This document shows, one piece after another, positions 56,455 to 64,000 of a stretch of DNA of 64,000 bases. Every line of letters starts with the position of its first letter. Position 1 is the first letter of the stretch. Origin of the DNA: an uncultured archaeon. Lineage in GTDB: Archaea > Nanobdellota > Nanobdellia > Woesearchaeales > CAIVOO01. The stretch is from assembly GCA_903904885.1 (NCBI GenBank), contig CAIVED010000012.1:34130-98129 (forward strand), in the 5' to 3' direction. Under the pieces are notes generated by a model, which did not search any database, had not been told where the DNA came from, and worked only from the letters and a program-made list of their open reading frames with translations. The translations under genes were made by a program, and so were the position numbers.

Positions 56455-58095
56455 TCACATCTCCTGCATTCCGCCAGGCGGCATCTGCGGGCCTTTTGCC
56501 CCGCCGGCGGCAATCACGTCGTCAATTCGTAGAATCATTACAGCGACTTCAGAAGCAGATGAAATTGCCTGAGTCTTTATTTTCAAAGGCTCAATCACTC
56601 CCTCGGCCCAGGCGTCCATTACCTTGCCTGTGAAAACATTTATTCCCGCCCATTTCTTGTTTGCGTCGTGGGCGGATTTCATTTCAGTAAGAACATCAAT
56701 CGGGTCAAGCCCTGCATTTTCTGCAAGGGTTCTTGGGATTATTTCAATTGAATCTGCAAATGCCTGCACAGCCAGCTGCTCCCTTCCCGACAAAGTATTT
56801 GAAAACTCCCTGATTTGCTTTGCAAGCTCGATCTCAGGAGCGCCTGCGCCGCCCACAACCTTGCCGTCTTTAAGTGCAGCAATTATATCTCCGATTGAAT
56901 CAGTAAGCGCCCTTTTGACCTCGGCAGTAACATGCTCTGTTGCCCCTCTTACAAGGATTGTGACTGTTTTTGCATTGGGACAGTTCCTTACAAATGTCAT
57001 CATCTCATCGCCAACCTTTTTCTCCTCAACCAGCCCCGATGTCCCCAAATCATTGGCAGACAAATCATCAAGATTTGTTACAACCTTTGCTCCAGTTGCG
57101 CGGGCAAGGCCCTTCATGTCTGATTCCTTTACCCTGCGAACAGCATAGATTCCTTTTTTTGCAATGTAATGCTGGGCCAAATCGTCAATGCCCTTCTGGC
57201 ACATAACAACATTCGCGCCTGAAGCAACAATCTTCTGGACCATGTCCTTCAGCATCTTTTCCTCCATGTCCAAAAATGCCTGCATCTGTGAAGGGTCTGT
57301 TATCTGGATTTTCGCGTCAATTTCAGTGTCTTTGATTTCAATTGCAGAATCGATAAGCGCGATTTTTGCATTATTTACAACTTTCGGCATTCCTGAATGG
57401 ACCCTTTCCTTGTCAATTACAACGCCCTTGATTAGCTCGGTGTCCTCAACGCTTCCGCCGACCTTTTTCTCAATTTTTATGTTCTCAGCGTCAACAGAAG
57501 TTTTTCCGTTCTCTTTTTCAATCACATCTGCAACTGCCTGCACAGTCAATTCAGCAAGCTTTTCCTTTGCAGACTCTGCGCCCTTGCCTGTCATCGCAGT
57601 TATTGCGATTTTTTTCATTACATCGAAGTCAGTGGGCAGAATAGTTTCAGCCATCTTGTTAAGAATGGAAATCGCCTTTTCAGCGGCTATGCGATAGCCC
57701 TTGGCAATTACAGTAGGATGGATTTCCTGGTCCAGAAGCCTCTCTGCATTTTTCAGCAGTTCGCCTGCAATTACAACCGCCGTTGTTGTTCCGTCGCCAA
57801 CCTCATCTTCCTGGGTTTTTGCGACCTCAACAATCATCTTTGCAGCGGGATGCTCTATCTGCATTTCCTGAAGAATTGTAACCCCGTCATTGGTTATTAT
57901 GACATCGCCAAGATTGTCAACAAGCATCTTGTCCATGCCCTTCGGGCCGAGGGTTGTCCTCACTGTCTCTGCCACTAATTTGGCAGCCATTATGTTGTTT
58001 CTTTGGGCATCCCTGCCAACAGTCCTTGAGCTGCCTTCCGGAAGAATGAATATAGGCTGATAGTTTTTCTCTGACATTTTACCCCCACTAAGCAA
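56455..58095 (-). CDS. ths: Thermosome subunit (group II chaperonin)
   Basis: [17 protein letters not shown], 546 aa. C-terminal GGMQEM tail. Confidence 0.95.
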   Translation of the reverse strand: MLSGGKMSEKNYQPIFILPEGSSRTVGRDAQRNNIMAAKLVAETVRTTLGPKGMDKMLVDNLGDVIITNDGVTILQEMQIEHPAAKMIVEVAKTQEDEVGDGTTTAVVIAGELLKNAERLLDQEIHPTVIAKGYRIAAEKAISILNKMAETILPTDFDVMKKIAITAMTGKGAESAKEKLAELTVQAVADVIEKENGKTSVDAENIKIEKKVGGSVEDTELIKGVVIDKERVHSGMPKVVNNAKIALIDSAIEIKDTEIDAKIQITDPSQMQAFLDMEEKMLKDMVQKIVASGANVVMCQKGIDDLAQHYIAKKGIYAVRRVKESDMKGLARATGAKVVTNLDDLSANDLGTSGLVEEKKVGDEMMTFVRNCPNAKTVTILVRGATEHVTAEVKRALTDSIGDIIAALKDGKVVGGAGAPEIELAKQIREFSNTLSGREQLAVQAFADSIEIIPRTLAENAGLDPIDVLTEMKSAHDANKKWAGINVFTGKVMDAWAEGVIEPLKIKTQAISSASEVAVMILRIDDVIAAGGAKGPQMPPGGMQEM

Positions 58096-58145
58096 AAATA
58101 ACTGAATTATGTATATAAACCTTATGCGTTAGTTTTTTAAAACTT

Positions 58146-58598
58146 TTGGTTCTCCAACTGGCCATGACAAAATACATTTTACCGGTAATTGCCAGCCCGC
58201 GGGTTAGGAGCGCAATAAATGACTTGCTTAAACAGGCAGGCTATGACACTATTGGCGCAGCAACTACGGTAAATAGGGCACTCAAGGATATGAGGAACAC
58301 CGGCAGCATTGCACTGATTGTGGCTGAAGCGCCTATTCCAGGAGCCAGCCGTGGCGGCACGGATCTATACCAGATGACCCGGGGGGCTAAACAAAGCTGC
58401 GTAACCTATGACCCAAGTAAAGGATATAGGAATACTCCATTTATACTCATAACCCATGACCCTGAAAAAACTAACAGAAAATTAGAATCAGTCAGTAAAA
58501 ATAACTGGGTTCATGTTTTGAGGGCAGACTCCCTCCAGACAACTGATGGATGCCAGGCTTTCCTGGATACGGTTAGGGCATATATGCCAGTTCAATAA
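58146..58598 (+). CDS. Hypothetical protein
   Basis: 150 aa ORF. Confidence 0.35.
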   Translation: MVLQLAMTKYILPVIASPRVRSAINDLLKQAGYDTIGAATTVNRALKDMRNTGSIALIVAEAPIPGASRGGTDLYQMTRGAKQSCVTYDPSKGYRNTPFILITHDPEKTNRKLESVSKNNWVHVLRADSLQTTDGCQAFLDTVRAYMPVQ

Positions 58599-58645
58599 GG
58601 TTTTCTAAACTATAAATTTTTAAACCTCTGGGAAAACATTATTCT

Positions 58646-59179
58646 ATGCGCATAACAATAACCGGCCCACCCGGCTCAGGCAAGAGCACTGTTGCTAAAC
58701 TTCTGGCAAAGAAACTGAAGCTGAAGCACTATTCTGCCGGCGACATTCGGAGGGAAATTGCTGCAAAAAAAGGCATGACCCTTGAGGAGTTCAACAAATG
58801 GGACGAGAAAACCCATGAGGGAGATAAAATTGCCGACGATTTCCAGAAAAAGCTTGGCAAAACCGAGGACAACTTTGTGATTGACGGAAGGCTGCCCCAC
58901 TATTTCATTCCTGATGCGTTCAAAATATTCCTCCACGTCGACCCCAAGGTTGCTGCGCAGAGGGTTATGGAGCGGAGAAAAGGGGTTGAGGTTTACAAAA
59001 GCGTTGAAGAAGCTATGAAAAAGCTGGATGAGAGAAACAAATCAGACAAGAAAAGATACAGGGATTTGTACGGCATAGACTATGACAAGAAATCAAACTT
59101 TGATTTGTGCATAGACACCACAAAGACAACCGTGGAAGAGATTGCTGAGGAGATTGTTAAGTTTGTAGGGAACCAATAG
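58646..59179 (+). CDS. cmk: Cytidylate kinase (archaeal type) / P-loop NMP kinase
   Basis: MRITITGPPGSGKSTVAKLLAKKL. ~177 aa, co-linear with archaeal CMP kinases. Confidence 0.7.
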   Translation: MRITITGPPGSGKSTVAKLLAKKLKLKHYSAGDIRREIAAKKGMTLEEFNKWDEKTHEGDKIADDFQKKLGKTEDNFVIDGRLPHYFIPDAFKIFLHVDPKVAAQRVMERRKGVEVYKSVEEAMKKLDERNKSDKKRYRDLYGIDYDKKSNFDLCIDTTKTTVEEIAEEIVKFVGNQ

Positions 59180-59199
59180 TTAAGAATTTCTTTAAAAAA

Positions 59200-59964
59200 T
59201 CAATCAGCCATCGACACCGCTGCAAAAAGCACTGCTATCATGCCAACTATTAAAGGAATAATAAGAGGGTTGGATGTCAAAAATTTTAAAACATCCATGG
59301 TTGAAGACTGGCTATCGCCACCACCCGCAAATGCTGCCATCGGAACCAAAACAAATACTGCCGCTGCGCCAGCGATTTTTAAAACGCGAGAATCTCTCAA
59401 CCTGTCCAAACGTTCAGCATAGTCTCTAAAATCTGCAGCGTATTTTGAACTGCTAATCTCAGAAAACTGCGCTCTGAAATTCGCCATCTGGGTTTTTTCT
59501 ACCTCTAAACTTCTCCCAAACATCGCAGATTCCTGCTCAAGCAATCTTGCAAAACTCAACTGGGAATTAAGCAATTGAATCTGCGGGTCTATCCGGCCAT
59601 CAGCCATCTGCAATGCTCTCTGCATAGGCGTAAGAAGCTTGCTGGCGAGTGGAACTGTATTGAAGCCCAAATCAACAAGCATCTCATTCAAAACACTAAT
59701 CAACTCCGGCAGTGCGGTTTTCTTGAAATATTCAAGAAGCGCCATCTGATTCTGAATAATCGCAAGTATCTGCTCCTTTTTTGCAACATCGGGAGTTTTA
59801 AGGTATTGCGCGTATAATTTTTGCTTGTTTGCAAGCATTTCCTCAAGAATATCAATACCCTTTTTAACCCGGCCTCCGATAGCCCCTTTTTTCTGGAGCG
59901 ACTCTTTTAGTGCCTCAAGTCTCTTTAGAATATTCTGAGCTTTTGTAGTGAAAGCATTCGCCAT
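59200..59964 (-). CDS. Hypothetical protein with a C-terminal TM segment
   Basis: 254 aa. Hydrophobic C-terminus ...IIPLIVGMIAVLFAAVS. Confidence 0.4.
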   Translation of the reverse strand: MANAFTTKAQNILKRLEALKESLQKKGAIGGRVKKGIDILEEMLANKQKLYAQYLKTPDVAKKEQILAIIQNQMALLEYFKKTALPELISVLNEMLVDLGFNTVPLASKLLTPMQRALQMADGRIDPQIQLLNSQLSFARLLEQESAMFGRSLEVEKTQMANFRAQFSEISSSKYAADFRDYAERLDRLRDSRVLKIAGAAAVFVLVPMAAFAGGGDSQSSTMDVLKFLTSNPLIIPLIVGMIAVLFAAVSMAD

Positions 59965-60142
59965 ATCAAATCCTTTTTTTCAGGAATTTATAAACCTTTT
60001 CAAACCCAAACCTTTTTAAATAACCTCCTTCCCCAATCATGCATTCTACTTCTTCATCATTCACAGGGAGTAGAGCAGATTAAAATGGCAGAGAAAATCA
60101 AAAACTCTGCAATTAAGTAACAGAGGATATTCAGGAAGAAAA

Positions 60143-60895
60143 ATGGAAGAAAGCAGAGTTTTTGAGCAGAAAAAGAATGAGCAGATAAAACCTCAACCTA
60201 AAGAGAAGGAGAATTCTTTTTCTCGAACAAAGAACGGGGATTTTGTTGAAATTGAATTCACAGGAATTGTCAAGAGTGACAACACTGTATTTGATACAAC
60301 AGATGTAGCAATAGCAAAAAAGGAAGGTTTTTACGATTCAAAACAGCAGTACGGCCCGAAGGTTGTATGTCTCGGTCAGAACCAATTGGTAAAAGGCCTT
60401 GATGATTTTGCAATCGGCAAGGACCTCGGGAAAGAATATGAGATTTTAATCCCGCCAGAAGACGGTTTCGGAAAGAAAAATGCCAAGCTTATGAAGCTGG
60501 TTCCTACTAAAATTTTCACAAAGGACAACATAAGGCCGATGCCTGGCCTGCCGGTTAACATCGACGGAATGTACGGCGTAATACGCACAGTGGCCGGCGG
60601 AAGGGTCATTGTTGACTTCAACCATCCCCTGTCAGGAAAAGAACTGGTTTACAAATTCAAGATAATCAAAATCATAACCGATGACAAGGAGAAACTTGAT
60701 TCATTTTTGAACATGGAACTTGGAATTAAAAAGGAAGACATAGCCTTTGACAGCCAGACAAAAACTGCAAAGCTGAAAATCAAGAAAAAGCTTCCGGAAG
60801 AGTTCGCAAAGGTCATAGAAAAGAAGGTTTCAGAGATAATCCCCGCTGTGAAAAAGCTTGAGTTTATAGAGGGGAAGCAGCAGCAAAACACTTAA
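60143..60895 (+). CDS. FKBP-type peptidyl-prolyl cis-trans isomerase (long archaeal type with IF/chaperone insert)
   Basis: DFVEIEFTGIVKSDNTVFDTTD...GGRVIVDFNHPLSGKELVYKFKII. Confidence 0.8.
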   Translation: MEESRVFEQKKNEQIKPQPKEKENSFSRTKNGDFVEIEFTGIVKSDNTVFDTTDVAIAKKEGFYDSKQQYGPKVVCLGQNQLVKGLDDFAIGKDLGKEYEILIPPEDGFGKKNAKLMKLVPTKIFTKDNIRPMPGLPVNIDGMYGVIRTVAGGRVIVDFNHPLSGKELVYKFKIIKIITDDKEKLDSFLNMELGIKKEDIAFDSQTKTAKLKIKKKLPEEFAKVIEKKVSEIIPAVKKLEFIEGKQQQNT

Positions 60896-60961
60896 ATACT
60901 AGCTTATGTTAAAAAAACGCAAAAGAGGCACCGAGTAAGATGTTGGCGAGGTGGATTAAAA

Positions 60962-62098
60962 GTGGACTATCAAAGCTTTAAAATAAGTTCTCAGGCGCAA
61001 AGCAGCAGCAATATCAGCCTGAAGCAGAAGCTGCCGGAGAAGCACAGCGAAACAGACAACGAGCTGGAAAAACTGCTCGCAACGCAGAAGGCGAAGATAA
61101 AGGTCATCGGCTGCGGAGGCGGCGGGAACAACACAATCAACAGGATAACCGAAGTAGGGGTTACCGGTGCAGAGACAGTCGCAATTAACACAGACGCCCA
61201 GGATTTATTGTACACAAGCGCTGACAAGAAAATCCTTATTGGCAAGGAAACCACAAAGGGGCTTGGGGCAGGCTCAATCCCGAAAATCGGTGAAGAGGCT
61301 GCAAAAGAGCAGGAGTCAGAAATTAAGCAGGCCATGCAGGGCGCTGACATGATTTTCGTGACCTGCGGCCTCGGCGGAGGAACAGGAACCGGCGCAGCTC
61401 CCGTTGTTTCAGAAATCGCAAAGAAAATGGGAGCGCTTGTGGTAGGCGTTGTTACAATGCCGTTCGCAATGGAGGGCCAGAGAAGGTATGAAAATGCAGT
61501 CATTGGCCTTGAAAAAATGGAGTCAATTGTTGACACATTGATTGTCATTCCAAACGACAAATTGCTCGAACTTGCGCCTGAACTGCCGTTGCATACCGCA
61601 TTCAAGGTTGCTGACGAGATACTTACAAATGCTGTCAAGGGAATTGCAGAGCTTGTGACAAAGGCAGGCCTTGTGAACCTTGACTTTGCAGACATCCGCG
61701 CAGTCATGGAAAACGGCGGAGTGGCATTGATTGGCGTCGGAGAATCCGACTCAGAGAACAGGGCTGTCGAGGCAGTAGAGAAAGCAATATCAAACCCTCT
61801 TCTTGAGGTTGATGTTGCAGGGGCATCCGGGGCGCTGATAAATGTCTGCGGAGGGCCTGACATGACGCTTAATGAGGCAAGAAGGGTTGTTGAAACAATA
61901 TCCGACAGGATTTCCGAGGAGGCAAGAATTATCTGGGGAGCCCAGATAATGGACGACCTTGCAGGAACCTTGAGGGTCCTGCTTATTGTTACAGGAGTCC
62001 AATCAAGCCAGATTTTCGGCACAACTCCGAAGAAGCTGAAGAAAGCAGGGAGAATAAAGGAGATTGAAAAAGAGCTCGGAATCGAGTTCATCAACTGA
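60962..62098 (+). CDS. ftsZ: Cell division protein FtsZ
   Basis: VIGCGGGGNNTINRI and the tubulin signature GGGTGTGAAPVV. Confidence 0.9.
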   Translation: MDYQSFKISSQAQSSSNISLKQKLPEKHSETDNELEKLLATQKAKIKVIGCGGGGNNTINRITEVGVTGAETVAINTDAQDLLYTSADKKILIGKETTKGLGAGSIPKIGEEAAKEQESEIKQAMQGADMIFVTCGLGGGTGTGAAPVVSEIAKKMGALVVGVVTMPFAMEGQRRYENAVIGLEKMESIVDTLIVIPNDKLLELAPELPLHTAFKVADEILTNAVKGIAELVTKAGLVNLDFADIRAVMENGGVALIGVGESDSENRAVEAVEKAISNPLLEVDVAGASGALINVCGGPDMTLNEARRVVETISDRISEEARIIWGAQIMDDLAGTLRVLLIVTGVQSSQIFGTTPKKLKKAGRIKEIEKELGIEFIN

Positions 62099-62100
62099 AA

Positions 62101-62301
62101 ATGGAAGACCAACAGCAGAAGGTTTCCCTCTTCGGGAAGCTCAAAAGTTTCATATACCAGTGCAAGATAGTGCTGAGGGTAACTAAAAAGCCGACAAAGC
62201 AGGAATTTTACACTATTGTAAAGGTTTCTGCCCTCGGAATGGTCGCAATCGGGGCCATAGGATTTGTAATACAGATAGTCAAGCAATTGTTGTTAAAATG
62301 A
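62101..62301 (+). CDS. secE: Protein translocase subunit SecE/Sec61-gamma
   Basis: 66 aa with a single C-terminal TM. Lies in the conserved ftsZ-secE-spt5-rpl11 position. Confidence 0.65.
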   Translation: MEDQQQKVSLFGKLKSFIYQCKIVLRVTKKPTKQEFYTIVKVSALGMVAIGAIGFVIQIVKQLLLK

Positions 62302-62798
62302 GCACAGAAGCAAAAGCGCCGGAAAATGCAGAGCCAAAGATATTTGCTCTTAGGGTTACTGCAAACAGGGAAGACCAGGTGATGGATTTTGTAGTCAGCA
62401 ATGTGCAGAAAAAGAAGCTTGCGGTTTATTCGGTCATCTATCCCCACGGAATGAGGGGCTATATTTTCCTCGAAGCCGACGACCAGAAAGATGCCGAACT
62501 GGCGGCAATGGGCGTTCCCTATGCAAGAGGAATTCTGAGGGCGCCTGTCGAGTACAGGGAAATCGAGCACATGCTTGAGCAGGTCAAGAAGGAAGTCAGC
62601 ATAAAGAAGAGCGACATTGTTGAAATCATCTCAGGACCGTTCAAGAGAGAGAACGCCAAGGTCACAAGGATTGACAAGCTGAAGGAAGAGGTTGTTGTTG
62701 AACTGCTTGAATCCGCTGTTCCAATCCCAATCACACTTAAATTGGATGCTGTTAAGGTTATCCGAAGAGAAGGCGAAGAGCAGACAGACGACGATTAG
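62298..62798 (+). CDS. spt5: Transcription elongation factor Spt5 (NusG)
   Basis: NGN domain KIFALRVTANREDQVMDFV plus a KOW motif. Confidence 0.85.
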   Translation: MSTEAKAPENAEPKIFALRVTANREDQVMDFVVSNVQKKKLAVYSVIYPHGMRGYIFLEADDQKDAELAAMGVPYARGILRAPVEYREIEHMLEQVKKEVSIKKSDIVEIISGPFKRENAKVTRIDKLKEEVVVELLESAVPIPITLKLDAVKVIRREGEEQTDDD

Positions 62799-62857
62799 TA
62801 AGCGGGGGAGATTTACGAAAACCTTTATAAACCACCCCCAAATTCTGAGAGTGTAAG

Positions 62858-63643
62858 ATGCCAAAGCAGACTGTAGAAGCAATGATTGAAGGGGGAAAGG
62901 CAAGCGCCGCACCTCCATTGGGGCCAGCTCTAGGACCAACAGGCCTTAACATAGCCCAGGTCATACAGAAGATAAACGAGAAAACAGCTGCTTTCAAGGG
63001 AATGCAGGTTCCTGTCAAGGTTAATTTTGATCCTTCTACAAAAGAATTTGACATTGAAATCGGAACGCCGCCGACTTCCTCTTTGCTGAAAAAGGAAGCA
63101 GGAATAGAAAAGGGCTCTGGATTTGCGAAAACAGACAAGGTCGCGGATTTGATGATTGAGCAGATTATAAAGGTTGCAAAGATGAAGGAAGATTCCCTCA
63201 ACGGCGCAACCATGAAAGAGAAAGTAAAGAATGTAATCGGCACCTGCACTTCCGCAGGAATCCTTGTTGAGGGAAAAGAATCCGCAGAGGTCATAAAAGA
63301 CATCAATGCAGGCAAATACGACAAGGAAATTGCCGCAGGAAAGACAGAGCTTACTGCAGAAGAGATGAAGACTCTTGAAGAGGAGAAGAGGAAGCTCAGG
63401 GAAGAGAGCGACAAGAGGCATGCCGATGAAGAGAAGAAGGCAAATGACATTATCTCTTCAATGGAAGGCAAGGAAAAGAGCGCTGTCAGGGCCAAGCTCA
63501 GGGAAGCTGGAATATCCGAAGCACTTGTCGTCAAATTAGTTGCCACCATTGGCGGGCCAGCAGCCGGGGGAAAAGCAGCCGGTGGCAAGGGTGGCGCAGC
63601 ACCTGCAAAGGGAGCAGCACCCGCCAAGGGCGGTAAGAAGTAA
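62858..63643 (+). CDS. rpl11: Ribosomal protein L11 with a ~100-aa Lys/Glu/Ala/Gly-rich C-terminal extension
   Basis: PPLGPALGPTGLNIAQVIQKINEKT. 261 aa versus a typical ~160. The tail ends AAGGKAAGGKGGAAPAKGAAPAKGGKK. Confidence 0.85.
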   Translation: MPKQTVEAMIEGGKASAAPPLGPALGPTGLNIAQVIQKINEKTAAFKGMQVPVKVNFDPSTKEFDIEIGTPPTSSLLKKEAGIEKGSGFAKTDKVADLMIEQIIKVAKMKEDSLNGATMKEKVKNVIGTCTSAGILVEGKESAEVIKDINAGKYDKEIAAGKTELTAEEMKTLEEEKRKLREESDKRHADEEKKANDIISSMEGKEKSAVRAKLREAGISEALVVKLVATIGGPAAGGKAAGGKGGAAPAKGAAPAKGGKK

Positions 63644-63660
63644 GTTATTTTTTCTTTCTT

Positions 63661-63847
63661 AAAAAAATAAAACCATTTTCTGGGCAGGTCTTAACTACAA
63701 TTCTTTTTATCGAAGTTATGCTTGATTGCCAGGCCTGCTTTAAATTGCCCTGGGCAATTGAATATCCTTTCTTGCATGGCACTCGGGCAGAAGAATCTGA
63801 ACAGAGCTGGGAGTTAATGCAAGAACCAGCAAACGGGATTTTTTAAT
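63661..63847 (-). repeat. Repeat element copy F (reverse orientation)
   Basis: Reverse complement reads AAAAAATCCCGTTTGCTGGTTCTTGCATTAAC...GATTCTTCTGCCCGAGTGCCATGCAAGAAAGG...hairpin AATTGCCC-AGGGCAATT...GCCTGGCAATCAAGCA...GACCTGCCCAGAAAATGGTTTTATTTTTTT. Confidence 0.8.
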
Positions 63848-64000
63848 AATTCAAGAAAATGCTGCCTTAACCTTGTCAGGCAGGTCTCTTGTGGAATTCC
63901 CACCTATCCCACCGACTGAATCCGTAAATATCTGGTAATCGGTGCAGTTGCAGAGCAAAAAAGCGGGATATGTCTGGGCCACAGGGGAAATGTTTGCCGG

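Noticed and set aside
60991-62286. 431-aa minus-strand ORF antisense to ftsZ, and the similar 289-aa ORF at 62758..63627 antisense to rpl11
   Set aside because: Both are low-complexity Ser/Ala/Pro-rich translations of the reverse strand of well-supported conserved genes. They are GC-skew artefacts.
1-64000. CRISPR arrays, rRNA genes, integrases/transposases
   Set aside because: I found no regularly spaced short direct repeats, no rRNA-like conserved stretches and no recombinase or transposase ORFs in the window. The only repeat family found is the ~200-nt element reported above.

Overview
This 64 kb window reads as an archaeal chromosome segment, probably from a small-genome DPANN-like lineage. 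The evidence: the canonical tRNA-Met and the tRNA-Ser carry introns at position 37/38; aEF-2 with the diphthamide HRG motif, aEF-1alpha, thermosome, S28e, L24e, L7Ae, Spt5 and SecE are present; promoters are AT-rich TTTAAATA-type. GC content looks to be about 45% by eye (not counted), and coding density is high on both strands. Housekeeping content: an operon rpl7ae-rps28e-rpl24e-ndk-adk-fusA on the minus strand; tuf-rps10; tyrS and gltX; thermosome, cmk, FKBP; and the ftsZ-secE-spt5-rpl11 cluster. Three tRNAs are present: Met(CAU) with a 44-nt intron, Ser(GGA) with a 16-nt intron, and Ala(GGC).

The accessory content is dominated by cell-surface machinery. This includes a partial FlaI/PilB-type secretion ATPase, an A24 prepilin peptidase, at least seven genes with archaeal class III (type IV pilin-like) signal peptides, and several very large secreted proteins. 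One of these is a 1618-aa parallel beta-helix protein dense in N-glycosylation sequons. There are also three tandem TAT-signal paralogs and two tandem HIT-like proteins that lack the central catalytic histidine.

The most unusual feature is a family of six repeat elements of about 190-235 nt in intergenic regions. They have imperfect terminal inverted repeats, a conserved internal inverted repeat (TTCTTGCAT...ATGCAAGAA) and a hairpin that shows compensatory base changes between copies. This is a candidate structured ncRNA family or MITE. A 30-nt extended promoter motif is shared by four genes.
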